From an uncultured bacterium (GTDB lineage: Bacteria; Patescibacteriota; Minisyncoccia; UBA6257; GWB1-50-10): 64,000 nt of DNA. Below are positions 30,757-40,717 of the stretch, piece by piece (the stretch's first letter is position 1; each line of letters opens with the position of its first letter). The notes under the pieces are model-generated. The model had not been told where the DNA came from and did no database searches. It saw only the letters and a list, made by a program, of their open reading frames with translations. The stretch spans positions 17,447-81,446 of the forward strand of contig CAVRNT010000001.1 of the NCBI GenBank assembly GCA_963722655.1, in the 5' to 3' direction. Both the position numbers and the translations under genes were made by a program.

Positions 30757-32574
30757 ATGATCAAACAATCATCGGGCGATCGGAAACGCCCGTACTCCGG
30801 TCGGACCTACGTCCGGCGCGGAAAGATTTCCGAAAACAAGCCCGGAAGCGGTTTCAAGAGACCGGTCTCGGAGCACCAGTCGCAGGGCGAAAAAGAGGCG
30901 ATCGTGAAGGAGTCCGGCGCGGTCCGTTTCGTTCCCTTGGGCGGTCTCGAGGAGGTGGGCCGCAATTGCTCGTTCTTCGAATACAAGGGCGATATCGTGG
31001 TGGTGGACGTCGGCATCCAGTTCCCGGAAGAGACCACTCCGGGAGTGGACTACATCATCCCGAACATCACCTACCTCGAAGAGAACAAGGACAAGATCAA
31101 GGCCATTCTCCTGACCCACGGCCATTATGACCACATCGCGGCCATCCATTACGTAATCGAGAAGATCGGTAATCCCGTGATCTACACGGCCGATTTCACG
31201 AAGGCGGTCGTCGAAAAACGGCACCAAGAGTTCGTGAACGCCCCCAAGCTCCATTTCGACGTCGTGAAGCACGGGGACAAGCGCAAGATCAGCGACAACC
31301 TGGAGGTCGAGTTCTTCAACGTCGACCACACCATCCCCGACGCCCTCGGTTTCCTCTTGAAGACGCCGGTGGGCAATATGGTGAACTTGGGCGACTTCCG
31401 CCTCAAGACCAACAAGGAAGGCAAGCCGATCGATCTCGGTGTCTACGAGGGTCTCGGGAAACGGGGGGTCCACAGCGTCTTTCTGGACAGCACCAACTCC
31501 CTGCGCCCGGGATTCTCCTTCTCCGAGATGACCGTCGAGGACAATCTCGAGGAGCTCATCAAGAACGCCAAGGGACGGGTTATCCTCGCGACCTTCGCGT
31601 CACTCATGACGCGCGTCTTCGAGATCATCCGCATCGCCGAGAAGTACGGGCGCCTCGTCGCCCTGAACGGCCGGTCGATGAAAGACAATATGACGATCGC
31701 CCAGCAGCTCGGCTACTTCAAGCCCAAGAGCGGCACCATCGTCCCCTTGGAGGATGTCCATAAATACAAGGACGAAAAGGTGATGATCCTCACGACCGGC
31801 GCCCAAGGCGAGCCCAACGCCGGACTGATGCGCATCGTGAACGGCGAACACCGCGTCGTGCGGCTCAAGCCGACCGATACCGTTATCTTTTCCTCCTCGG
31901 TCATTCCGGGGAACGAGCGGAGCGTCCAAGGGCTGCAGGACAACATCGCACGGCAGGTGGACGAGGTCTACAACACCAAGCTCCTCGACATCCACTCGAG
32001 CGGCCACGCCCACAGCGAGGACTTGAAGCTCGTGATGAAGCTCCTCAAACCCGAGTTCGTCTTTCCCATCCACGCCTATTACTTCATGCGCAAGGCGCTC
32101 GTGAAGTTGGCCAAAGAGGTCGGCATCCCGCGGGAAAGGGTCATCGTCCTCGACAACGGCGACGTCGCTCTCTTGAAGAAAGGTAGCGTTGAAAGGATCG
32201 AAAACCAGGTGCCTTCGTCCTACGTCCTCGTGGACGGATTGGGAGTGGGCGACGTGAGTGAGATCGTCCTCAGGGACCGCCGGATGCTCTCCCAAGAAGG
32301 GATGTTTGTCGTCATCACGACGCTCGAAAAGCGGACCGGCCGCATCTTGAAGAATCCGGACATCATCTCGCGCGGCTTCATCTATCTCAAGGATAACCAC
32401 GAGCTCTTGGATGAGATCCGGAAGCGCGTCCGCGGCATCATCGGCCGCATCCCGCACCAGCAACCGACGGACGCGGACTATGTGAAGACGTTGATCCGCG
32501 ACCAACTCGGTCAGTTCTTGTATAACAAGACCAAACGCCGACCGATGATCTTACCGGTCATCATCGAGGTCTAG
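30757..32574 (+). CDS. rnj: ribonuclease J (metallo-beta-lactamase/beta-CASP)
   Basis: Motif HGHYDHIAAIHYV (HxHxDH), a beta-CASP region, and a C-terminal domain. The start is moved to Met47 (MIKQSS...) because the upstream part of the listed ORF overlaps tRNA-Leu. Confidence 0.9.
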   Translation: MIKQSSGDRKRPYSGRTYVRRGKISENKPGSGFKRPVSEHQSQGEKEAIVKESGAVRFVPLGGLEEVGRNCSFFEYKGDIVVVDVGIQFPEETTPGVDYIIPNITYLEENKDKIKAILLTHGHYDHIAAIHYVIEKIGNPVIYTADFTKAVVEKRHQEFVNAPKLHFDVVKHGDKRKISDNLEVEFFNVDHTIPDALGFLLKTPVGNMVNLGDFRLKTNKEGKPIDLGVYEGLGKRGVHSVFLDSTNSLRPGFSFSEMTVEDNLEELIKNAKGRVILATFASLMTRVFEIIRIAEKYGRLVALNGRSMKDNMTIAQQLGYFKPKSGTIVPLEDVHKYKDEKVMILTTGAQGEPNAGLMRIVNGEHRVVRLKPTDTVIFSSSVIPGNERSVQGLQDNIARQVDEVYNTKLLDIHSSGHAHSEDLKLVMKLLKPEFVFPIHAYYFMRKALVKLAKEVGIPRERVIVLDNGDVALLKKGSVERIENQVPSSYVLVDGLGVGDVSEIVLRDRRMLSQEGMFVVITTLEKRTGRILKNPDIISRGFIYLKDNHELLDEIRKRVRGIIGRIPHQQPTDADYVKTLIRDQLGQFLYNKTKRRPMILPVIIEV

Positions 32575-32580
32575 GAACGA

Positions 32581-32610
32581 AAAACCGCTTTGTAAAAAGG
32601 CGGTTTTTTG
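32581..32610 (+). terminator. rho-independent terminator after rnj
   Basis: aaaaccgc-tttgtaaaaag-gcggtttttt. Confidence 0.6.
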
Positions 32611-32624
32611 TTTATGCTGATTTT

Positions 32625-33611
32625 ATGAAGCCAGTGCTCATCTCCGGCATCCAGCCGACGGGAAAACTCCATATCGGCAATTACCTGGGCTCGCTCCAGA
32701 ACTTCGTGGCGCTCCAAAACTCGGGCAAATACGAGTGTTATTTCTTTATCGCCGACCTTCATTCCCTCACCGAGGACTTCGACCCGAGGGAAAAGCCGAG
32801 GCAGGTCTTGAACGTCGCTTTGGACTACCTATCCGCCGGCATTGACCCCAAAAGGTCCGTTATCTTCCAGCAATCCGAGGTGCCGGCCCACAGCGAGCTC
32901 GCCGTCATTTTGAACAACTTCACTCCCCTTGGCGAACTGCGCCGGATGACGCAGTTCAAGGACAAGTCCGGAGATCGATCGGAAAACGTGAACGCCGGCC
33001 TTTTCGACTACCCGGTTCTCATGGCCGCCGATATATTGCTCTATGACGCCGCCTTCGTCCCTGTAGGCGACGATCAGGTCCAGCACCTGGAACTGGCGCG
33101 GACACTCGCCCGCCGATTCAACTCGCGCTTCGGCAAGACCTTCATCGAACCCAAACCGCTTCTTACGAGCGCCTCGCGCATAATGAGCTTGGACGATCCC
33201 ACAAAGAAGATGTCGAAGTCCCGCCCGACCGGATGCCTTTTGCTTGACGATGAACCGAACGTCATTCGCGAGAAGCTCAAACGGGCCACGACCGACTCCG
33301 GCCGCGAGGTGAAATACGACGAAAAGAACAAGCCCGGCATCTCGAACCTGCTCCAAATCTACGCCGGTACCATTAATGGTACCGTGCCGGAAGCCAAGCA
33401 GAAGTTCAAAAACGCGACTTATGCGGAATTCAAGAACGCCGTGGCTGAAGCGGTCATCAAGGAACTGGCCCCGTTCCAGAAAAAGAAGGAGGAGCTTACG
33501 AAAAACCCGGCGTCCGTAAAGAAGGTCCTTGCGGCCGGAGACAAAAAGGCCTTCTCCATTGCCGAGAAGAAAATAGTGGAGGTCAGGGGCAAAATAGGTT
33601 TAAACATATGA
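32625..33611 (+). CDS. trpS: tryptophan--tRNA ligase
   Basis: 328 aa. Class I motifs GKLHIGNYLG (HIGH) and KKMSKSRPTG (KMSKS). The size is that of bacterial TrpRS. Confidence 0.9.
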   Translation: MKPVLISGIQPTGKLHIGNYLGSLQNFVALQNSGKYECYFFIADLHSLTEDFDPREKPRQVLNVALDYLSAGIDPKRSVIFQQSEVPAHSELAVILNNFTPLGELRRMTQFKDKSGDRSENVNAGLFDYPVLMAADILLYDAAFVPVGDDQVQHLELARTLARRFNSRFGKTFIEPKPLLTSASRIMSLDDPTKKMSKSRPTGCLLLDDEPNVIREKLKRATTDSGREVKYDEKNKPGISNLLQIYAGTINGTVPEAKQKFKNATYAEFKNAVAEAVIKELAPFQKKKEELTKNPASVKKVLAAGDKKAFSIAEKKIVEVRGKIGLNI

Positions 33612-34513
33612 GCATGGAAAACAATTTCGAGGCGCGGGTGATGGATGAGATGCTGATGGACCAGGCCTATGAGAGGGCGGAGAACATCATCGAGAAGGAC
33701 GCAATAAAGATAGACAATCAGTTCAGCTACCACAAAGACGCTGATCGTGACAGGGCATACGTCGAAAAAATGGAAGATGAATTCGAACGAGAGGCCACGC
33801 CGGAAGAAAAAGAGGTCAGTAAGATTGCAACCGTCTTCGAAACGCTGGTTTACACTCACGGCGAGCTAAGCAACTGGTTCGGCAAGGATGCCGTCACCAT
33901 CAAAACCTCCCGATACGACGACATCGTGAACAAAATAGACAGCTTGGTGGAATTCAGGAAAGAACCGGGGTCGGCTTCCTACCTCGGCCTTGCCATAGAC
34001 GTCACGATGAGCAAGGAGATGGACGAAAAGCTGGAAAGCATAAGAAAGCAGATAGACAGCGGAAAATTATCGGAAGTGAAGTACTTTCACTCAAAGCACA
34101 TCGGGATGACCGGTACGCTGCATGATGTCCCTCGCGTGATCGCCGCGGCCAACCAAGGGACCATTAGGCAGCTCACCGAACTTTGGATGGAAAACGACAA
34201 TAAGGCCTTGGCCAACCACTGGATCCAGTTCCAGATGCTGGAGAGTATGTTGCTGCAGGCCAAGACGTTCAAACGATACGCCGAATCCAGAAACAAACCG
34301 GATGTGGCTCAAACGTACGACTCGGCCATCACCACTCTGGAAGCCATCCTTTTCGACAAAAAGCGGGAGGTTAAAGATAGCGGCGAGAGGGATTCGGCCT
34401 TCATCGCGATCGAGGAAAGATTGAAGCACTTCGGCGAAACGCCGCAGAAAACGGCCGGTCCGGAAACCGGCCGCCGACGCCCCAAAGATACGATTAGGGT
34501 CTGGAGACCTTAA
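33608..34513 (+). CDS. hypothetical acidic/helical protein
   Basis: 301 aa with no motif recognised. Its start overlaps the trpS stop by 4 nt, so it is likely co-transcribed. Confidence 0.5.
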   Translation: MSMENNFEARVMDEMLMDQAYERAENIIEKDAIKIDNQFSYHKDADRDRAYVEKMEDEFEREATPEEKEVSKIATVFETLVYTHGELSNWFGKDAVTIKTSRYDDIVNKIDSLVEFRKEPGSASYLGLAIDVTMSKEMDEKLESIRKQIDSGKLSEVKYFHSKHIGMTGTLHDVPRVIAAANQGTIRQLTELWMENDNKALANHWIQFQMLESMLLQAKTFKRYAESRNKPDVAQTYDSAITTLEAILFDKKREVKDSGERDSAFIAIEERLKHFGETPQKTAGPETGRRRPKDTIRVWRP

Positions 34514-37500
34514 GGACTCCGAGCCAAATCGGCCAATCCTCTAATTTCGTTTCGAGTTCGGCTTCGAAGCGGTCCTTGCGGCCGAAATCGACGCTCGAGG
34601 CGTTCACTTCTCTTTTGAGGAACTCCGCATTCGCCGTGACGAGATGTTTTATCTCCTCCGGCCCGTCCACCATCAAGGCCGCCTTGTCCCTCGGCTCCAG
34701 CCCGGCGTCCTGACGCAGTCCCTGGACCATCCGGACGAGCTCCCGGAGCCACCCCTCTTCCTTGAGCTCGTGGGTTATGTTCGCGTCCAGGACGAAGCTC
34801 TCTTTGAGCTTGGTGTCGAAAATCACTTTTTTAACGTTCACCTCGTCGGCGAGTATGGCTTGCAGCTCGCCAGCGTTGCTTAATTCCTTATTCTTAATTC
34901 TCAATTCGCCAAGCGGCTGGCGGACTTTGATGCCGAGTTCCGCCCGCTTCGCGAGGACGGCGCTCGCCAGATCGCGAACCGCTTTCATATCCTTTACGAT
35001 TTTTTTATCGGCTTGCCCCGAGCCGCATCGAAGGGGCCAGTCCGCCAAATGAACGCTCATGTCTTGTTCCTTGTCTCTTGTTTCTTGTTCCCGCAGAGAC
35101 AGGTACAGCGCATCGGCGAAGAAGGGCGTGAAGGGCGCGATGATCTTGCTTATTTCGTTTAAAACATGACCGAGCGTCGACGATGCGGCCGCATGATCTT
35201 TCTTTCCGTCAGCCGACGGATCCGGTTTTTGGAAACGCCGCCGAGAGCGCCGGATATACCACCGCGAAAGGTCATCCACGAGGCGCTCGATCTCGTTCGC
35301 CCCGCCGTTCACGTCGTAACGGTTCAGGTCTTTGGTGACTGCTGCCGTGGTCTCGGTGAGGCGGGCCAAGATCCATTCGTCCAATGCGTTCTTGTTTCTT
35401 GCTTCCTGTCCCTTGCCTCTGACGCTCCTATCCGCATAGGTGTTCCAAAAAACATAGGAGTTATAGAGCATCGTGAAGAACTGGCGCGAGTTCTTTCCGA
35501 GTTCCGCCTCGTCGAACTTCTTCGGCTCGCCTGGCGGGTTCACGGTGTAAAAATACCAGCGGACGGCGTCCACGCCGTATTTCTGGATCATGTCCCACGG
35601 GCTCACGACGTTCCCCTTGGACTTGGACATCTTCTGGCCGTTCTTGTCCAAAACGAGACCGAGAGAGATGACGTTCTTGTACGAGGCACCGCGGCCGAGG
35701 ATGGTCGAGACGGCGAGGAGGGTGTAGAACCAGCCCCGGGTCTGGTCGATCCCCTCCACGATGTAGTCGGCCGGATAGGCCGTGAGCTTTTCAAAAGGAT
35801 AATGGTCCTCGGCGAAGGGCATCGCGCCCGAGTCGAACCAAACATCGATCACCTCCTTCACACGGACCATCTTCCCGCCGCATTTTTCGCACTTGAACTT
35901 CACCGCATCCACGTACGGTCTATGGAAATCGGCCTCGCCGGTCTCGTTCCTTGGCACCGGAACGGAGGAAGTGACAAGGTGGCCGGCAAGGGCCAGAAAT
36001 TCCCCGGCGAAGAGCTCTCCCTGTTTCTCCCGTTCCCGAACGGCCCGGAAAGAATCCCAACCCCCGAGAACGCTCGCGAGCATCCAGAGCGAATGTTCGT
36101 GGCCGACGACGAGAATCGTTTTCCCCTTATGCGTTTTTTCCATCTCTGCCACGAAAGCGTAGGCTCGCTTCCGAACATCGGTAAGCGTCTCGCCGCCCTT
36201 GGGCGACGTCGTGAACTTGTCCTGAAGCATCTTAAAAAGAGCGTGGTATTCGCGCAAGGGATGGCCGTTCATGTCGCCGGCACTTATCTCGCGGAGGCGC
36301 GGGTCGAACTTAACGGTCTTAAGGCCGAGCGCCTTCTTCAAGATCTCGGCGGTCTCTTTGGTACGCGTGAGGTCGGACGAAAAGCAGAGGTCCACGCACT
36401 CATTCTTCAAGGCGCGCGCCGTTTTCTCCACCTGCGCCCGGCCTTTCACCGTCAGGTGATATTTCTTTCTCTCCGGCCAGGAATCGATGATGTCCAAGAT
36501 TATCTCCTCGGCCTCGCCGTGGCGGACCAAGATATAGCGATTGCCGGAACTCTTGTGCCCGGCCGCTAGGTCCGCGCCGTTCCCGATAACCTTTGAGTGG
36601 CCGCATTTTTCGCAAACCCAAACGGGCAGAGGTGTTCCCCAATACCTTTCGCGCGATATCGCCCAATCCTTCACGTCCTTGAGCCACTCGCCGAAACGCC
36701 CCTCCTTGATGTTCTCCGGCACCCAGTTGATACCCTCGTTCTCGGCGATCATCTCCGCTTTGAGCCGGCTCATACCGATGAACCAGGAATCGCGGGCGTA
36801 GTAGAGAAGCGGCGTGCCGCACCGCCAGCAGAAGGGATAATCGTGCGTGTATTTCTCCTCGCTGAAGAGGCGGTTCTCCTTTTTCAAATGGTCCAGGATC
36901 TTCCTCTCCGTTTCCGGCGATTTGACGTAAAGCCCGGCGAAATTCTTCACCTCGGCGACGAATTTCCCCTCGGGCGTCACGGTATGGAATGTCGGGAGGC
37001 CGATCTTGAGGCCCAGCTTGTAGTCGTCCTCGCCGTACATCACGGCGGTGTGGACGACACCCGTGCCGTCTCCCGTCGTCACGAAGCCCGCCTCGTAGAT
37101 CCTGTAACTCGTCTTGTTCTTCAGGCTCGGGACGGCGAAGAGCGGTTCGTATTCCAGCCCGACGAGTTTTTCGCCCTTCACGGTCCCGAGATCGGCGAAG
37201 TTCTCGTGGAGGACGCTGCCTAAACGCGCTTTGGCCAAGATGTAGGTCTCGCCGCTTTGGACCCGGACGATCCTGTAGTCGATGTTCTTCCCGACCGCCA
37301 AAGCGACGTTGCCGGGCAGCGTCCAGGGCGTCGTCGTCCAGGAAAGGACGAAGGTGTTGCCCTCGACCGCCAAGCGGCCGATCTTCTGGCCTTTCTTCAG
37401 GCGGAACTTGATGAAGACCGAGGTATCGGTCGTCTCCCGGTATCCTTGGGCGAGCTCGTGCGAAGAGAGCGCCGTCCCGCACCGCGGGCACCACGGCACG

Positions 37501-38030
37501 ACCTTGTGGCCCTTGTACAAAAGCTTCTTATTCCACGCCTCTTTCAAGATGGACCAAACCGATTCGATATAGTCGTTCGCATAGGTGACGTAGGGGTGGG
37601 CCATGTCCAACCAAAAGCCCATCCGTTCCGTGAGGCGTTCCCATTCGTCCTTGTACTGCCAGACGGACTCTTTGCACTTCTCGTTGAAGGCCGCAATGCC
37701 GAACTTCTCTATATCCTTCTTGGACTTGAGACCCAATTTTCTCTCCACCTCGAGCTCCACCGGCAGACCGTGTGTGTCCCACCCCGCCCGGCGCGGAACG
37801 TAGTAGCCGGCCATCGTCTTGTAGCGCAGGATGATGTCTTTGAACGAGCGGGAGAGGACGTGATGGATGCCCGGCTGGCCGTTCGCCGTGGGCGGACCTT
37901 CGTAGAAGACGAACTTTTTGCCCTTCTCGCGGTTCTTGAGGGACTTCTCGAAGACCCTGTTCGCCTGCCAGGATTTCAGGACCTTTTCCTCCACCTCCGG
38001 CAGGGAGAATTTTTCTAGGCGCTCTAACAT
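34494..38030 (-). CDS. ileS: isoleucine--tRNA ligase carrying an in-frame histidine-phosphatase (PGAM-like) domain insertion
   Basis: 1178 aa. PPTANGQPGIHH (HIGH region), WAISRERYWG (IleRS-specific), KMSKSKGN. Residues about 490-700 (YILVRHGEAE ... SSDLTRTKETAEI ... ILVVGHEHSLW) form a histidine-phosphatase-superfamily domain. It is inserted between the RYWG/Zn-knuckle region and HRPYVDAVKF. Confidence 0.9.
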   Translation of the reverse strand: MLERLEKFSLPEVEEKVLKSWQANRVFEKSLKNREKGKKFVFYEGPPTANGQPGIHHVLSRSFKDIILRYKTMAGYYVPRRAGWDTHGLPVELEVERKLGLKSKKDIEKFGIAAFNEKCKESVWQYKDEWERLTERMGFWLDMAHPYVTYANDYIESVWSILKEAWNKKLLYKGHKVVPWCPRCGTALSSHELAQGYRETTDTSVFIKFRLKKGQKIGRLAVEGNTFVLSWTTTPWTLPGNVALAVGKNIDYRIVRVQSGETYILAKARLGSVLHENFADLGTVKGEKLVGLEYEPLFAVPSLKNKTSYRIYEAGFVTTGDGTGVVHTAVMYGEDDYKLGLKIGLPTFHTVTPEGKFVAEVKNFAGLYVKSPETERKILDHLKKENRLFSEEKYTHDYPFCWRCGTPLLYYARDSWFIGMSRLKAEMIAENEGINWVPENIKEGRFGEWLKDVKDWAISRERYWGTPLPVWVCEKCGHSKVIGNGADLAAGHKSSGNRYILVRHGEAEEIILDIIDSWPERKKYHLTVKGRAQVEKTARALKNECVDLCFSSDLTRTKETAEILKKALGLKTVKFDPRLREISAGDMNGHPLREYHALFKMLQDKFTTSPKGGETLTDVRKRAYAFVAEMEKTHKGKTILVVGHEHSLWMLASVLGGWDSFRAVREREKQGELFAGEFLALAGHLVTSSVPVPRNETGEADFHRPYVDAVKFKCEKCGGKMVRVKEVIDVWFDSGAMPFAEDHYPFEKLTAYPADYIVEGIDQTRGWFYTLLAVSTILGRGASYKNVISLGLVLDKNGQKMSKSKGNVVSPWDMIQKYGVDAVRWYFYTVNPPGEPKKFDEAELGKNSRQFFTMLYNSYVFWNTYADRSVRGKGQEARNKNALDEWILARLTETTAAVTKDLNRYDVNGGANEIERLVDDLSRWYIRRSRRRFQKPDPSADGKKDHAAASSTLGHVLNEISKIIAPFTPFFADALYLSLREQETRDKEQDMSVHLADWPLRCGSGQADKKIVKDMKAVRDLASAVLAKRAELGIKVRQPLGELRIKNKELSNAGELQAILADEVNVKKVIFDTKLKESFVLDANITHELKEEGWLRELVRMVQGLRQDAGLEPRDKAALMVDGPEEIKHLVTANAEFLKREVNASSVDFGRKDRFEAELETKLEDWPIWLGVLKVSRP

Positions 38031-38108
38031 TCCTCTGATTTTACCAGAAAAAATGGGCTCTTTCCACTTATCCCCAAAAATTATCGAGGTTCAACCTCGA
38101 TAATTTGG

Positions 38109-39665
38109 TCACATTTTGGAGGGGGCGGAGATCCCAAGCAGAGTAAAGAGGTTCTCTAGAACTACCGCGGTCGCTTGGACGAGAGCCAACCGGGCGTTTT
38201 TGACGTCCTGCCTCTCCCCAATCACCCGCTCCTTCTCGTAGAACTGCTGGAAGTCCTTGGCGAGGTCTAAGGCGTAGCGCGCCAAATGGTGGACCTGATA
38301 GTCCTTGGCCGCCGCTTCGATGACCGCCGGGAATTCCAATATCTGCCGGATAAGTTTCTCATCCTCGGGGGTGTTTAAAAGCGCGAGCGCTTTCGGGTCC
38401 ACTTTCGCCCTGCCGGCCTTCTTGATGACGCTCTTCGCCCGAACGTAGGAATACTGGACGTAGTAGACCGGGTTCTTGTTGGATTGCTCTTTGGCGAGCG
38501 CGAGGTCGAAATTCACGTGGGTGTTCGCCGAGACCATGAGCGAGAAGAAGCGGAAAACATCACGGCCGACCTCCTTGAGGAGCTCATCCACGGTTACATA
38601 GAGCCCCTTGCGCTTGGACATCCTGACGGCCTGGCCGTTCTGGACGAGGTGCACGAATTGCATCAGGATGATCGTCAATTTGTCCTTAGCTCCCAGGACC
38701 TCGGCCGCCGCCATTATCCTCGGCACGTCGCCGTGATGGTCGGTGCCCCAGACGTTGATGACGCGGTCGAACTTCCGTTCCAAGAACTTGTTGCGGTGAT
38801 AGGCGAAGTCCACGGCAAAATAGGTCGGTTCGCCGTCGGATTTGAGGAGCACCCGGTCCTTCTCGTCGCCGAACTTCGCCGCCCGGAACCAGAGCGCGCC
38901 GTCCTTTTCATAGGCCAGGTCTTTTTTCTTCAGCCATTCCAAGTTCTTTTTCACGGCGCCGGTCCGGTGGAGCGTCTTTTCCGAGAACCAAACGTCCATC
39001 TTGATGCCCATCCCGTCCCGCACCGTCTTCTTGATGGTCTTCAGGATCTCCCCCGCCGCCTTTTCGCCGACGACCTTCGGGTCGCTCCCCTTGATCTTCT
39101 TTTTCAAATTGTCGATGTATTCGCCGCGGTATTCTATCGGCTCCACTCCCAGAATGGACCGGCCGAGGGAGGTGATCTGCCCGCCCGCGTCGTTGAAATA
39201 GTATTCCTTAGTCACTTTGTAACCGGAAAACTTGAGGACATTCGCCAAGACGTCGCCGTAGACGCCGCCGCGACCGTTACCCAGCGTAAGCGGGCCGGTC
39301 GGGTTCGCCGAGACGAATTCCACTTGGATCTTTTCCTTTTTCGGGCTGCCCGTCCCGAACTTCTTTTTTTCCTTCAAGACCTTGAGCAGTCCGGCGTTCA
39401 AAGCGGCGGGGGTGAGATAGAAATTGACGAAGCCGGGGCCGGCCGATTCCACTTTTTCAAAAAACCCGGCTGGGGCGTTTTCCTTGACATCCCGCACTAA
39501 GGCGGCGGCGATCGCCGCCGGGTTCCTCCCTTGCTCCTTGGCGAGTTTGAAGGCGATCGTCGTCGCATAGTGCGCGCCCCGGTTTTCGGGCACGACGATG
39601 TCGGTCTCCTTGGCCTCGGGGACGATCTTCCGCAGGATCTTCAAAATGGTGTCTTTGGCACTCAC
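38109..39665 (-). CDS. argS: arginine--tRNA ligase
   Basis: 518 aa. VEFVSANPTGPLTLGNGRG: the HIGH motif is replaced by TLGN. RMSKRKG (KMSKS-like). ArgRS anticodon-binding C-terminus ending ...M. Confidence 0.85.
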   Translation of the reverse strand: MSAKDTILKILRKIVPEAKETDIVVPENRGAHYATTIAFKLAKEQGRNPAAIAAALVRDVKENAPAGFFEKVESAGPGFVNFYLTPAALNAGLLKVLKEKKKFGTGSPKKEKIQVEFVSANPTGPLTLGNGRGGVYGDVLANVLKFSGYKVTKEYYFNDAGGQITSLGRSILGVEPIEYRGEYIDNLKKKIKGSDPKVVGEKAAGEILKTIKKTVRDGMGIKMDVWFSEKTLHRTGAVKKNLEWLKKKDLAYEKDGALWFRAAKFGDEKDRVLLKSDGEPTYFAVDFAYHRNKFLERKFDRVINVWGTDHHGDVPRIMAAAEVLGAKDKLTIILMQFVHLVQNGQAVRMSKRKGLYVTVDELLKEVGRDVFRFFSLMVSANTHVNFDLALAKEQSNKNPVYYVQYSYVRAKSVIKKAGRAKVDPKALALLNTPEDEKLIRQILEFPAVIEAAAKDYQVHHLARYALDLAKDFQQFYEKERVIGERQDVKNARLALVQATAVVLENLFTLLGISAPSKM

Positions 39666-39759
39666 ACTTTAAATCTACCCGGATTGAAACAATAAAAAAA
39701 GAGGTAAAACACCTCCGGTATGGATAAAAACCAGCGACAAGTGCTAACCTGAATGGGTA

Positions 39760-40200
39760 ATGAAGACATTGGCCGAAAACAGGCGTGTCCGTTTCGACTA
39801 CGACATATCGGAGAGGTATGACGCGGGCATTGAACTCAAGGGCTTTGAGGCCAAAGCCGTCGTTTTGGGGCACGCGAACCTCGCCGGCGCCTACGCCGTG
39901 GTGAAGGAGAACGAGGTCTGGCTCATAAACTGCGACATCCCGCCCTACCAGCCCAAGAATACACCGCCGGATTACGACTCCAAGCGCCCCCGCCGCCTTC
40001 TCCTCAAGCGCGAAGAGATCGCCGAGCTAGTGGGCCGCACGAAGGAGAAAGGATTGACTTTGGTGCCCATCAAGATATATAATAAGAGCCATCTCGTTAA
40101 GGTGGAATTGGGCCTCGGCCGCAGCCGCAAGAAGGCGGACAAACGCGAGGCGCTCAAAAAGAAGGCCACTGACCGCGAGATCCGTAATTTCAAAAGTTAG
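39760..40200 (+). CDS. smpB: SsrA-binding protein SmpB
   Basis: 146 aa. Region RRVRFDYDISERYDAGIELKGFEAKAV...CDIPPYQ. Basic C-terminal tail. Confidence 0.9.
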   Translation: MKTLAENRRVRFDYDISERYDAGIELKGFEAKAVVLGHANLAGAYAVVKENEVWLINCDIPPYQPKNTPPDYDSKRPRRLLLKREEIAELVGRTKEKGLTLVPIKIYNKSHLVKVELGLGRSRKKADKREALKKKATDREIRNFKS

Positions 40201-40210
40201 GGTTACGAAT

Positions 40211-40526
40211 GGGGATGTCGGGCTTTGACAGGGCATCTTCTTCGGAAATCGCGAGCCGAGCCGACTGACTCGTAAATCCGGTCAAAATCTTAACTGCCAA
40301 CAAAACAGCAGTTCCGGCTTTAGCTTTCGCTTAAGCCGGCATCGGTCTCCAACGCCCACTAGGAGGTTACCGGTGTCATATCGCGGGCTCTGGTTCCACG
40401 AGGCCGCTTTGCCCAAGCGGGACCGAAACTAAGCAAAGCATTTCGTACTTGATTTCAAGCACTACGCTCGTAGAAGGTTTTCGATGAACGTCCTGGATGT
40501 GGGTCCAACTCCCACCATCTCCACAA
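40211..40526 (+). ncRNA. ssrA: tmRNA (SsrA)
   Basis: 5' end GGGGATGTCGGGCTTTGACAGGG. 3' tRNA-like end GGATGTGGGTCCAACTCCCACCATCTCCA with a G3-U70 pair. The internal tag reading frame GCC AAC AAA ACA GCA GTT CCG GCT TTA GCT TTC GCT TAA gives ANKTAVPALAFA*. It lies immediately downstream of smpB. Confidence 0.85.
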
Positions 40527-40528
40527 CC

Positions 40529-40556
40529 AAAACCGCCTCATATGAGGCGGTTTTGT
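40529..40556 (+). terminator. rho-independent terminator after tmRNA
   Basis: aaaaccgcctca-ta-tgaggcggttttgtt. Confidence 0.7.
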
Positions 40557-40597
40557 TATCCACACCATTCCCGCCACCGGCGTGCTATACTATAAGT

Positions 40598-40700
40598 TAG
40601 CCCTTCGAAAACAGAATAAAGAGTTTCACTTAAGGACTTTAATGTCCCCTATTTTCGAAGGGCCACTTCATTTCATAAGGCCCTTCTTTTTTTTGAAAAT
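40598..40700 (+). promoter_or_regulatory. structured leader / candidate attenuator upstream of infC-rpmI-rplT
   Basis: A perfect 13-bp long-range inverted repeat, agcccttcgaaaa ... ttttcgaagggcc, encloses a 30-nt segment. It is followed by the hairpin gggcc-acttcatttcataa-ggccc plus a T8 run. Confidence 0.45.
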
Positions 40701-40717
40701 TCTGGTATCATTCCCAT

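Noticed and set aside
32581-32625. T-box riboswitch upstream of trpS
   Set aside because: The intergenic space is only about 50 nt and is occupied by the rnj terminator hairpin. A T-box leader needs about 250 nt.
35166-37494. Large ORFs (467, 364 and 208 aa) on both strands inside ileS
   Set aside because: They are antisense or out-of-frame shadows. The 1178-aa IleRS frame carries all class I motifs.
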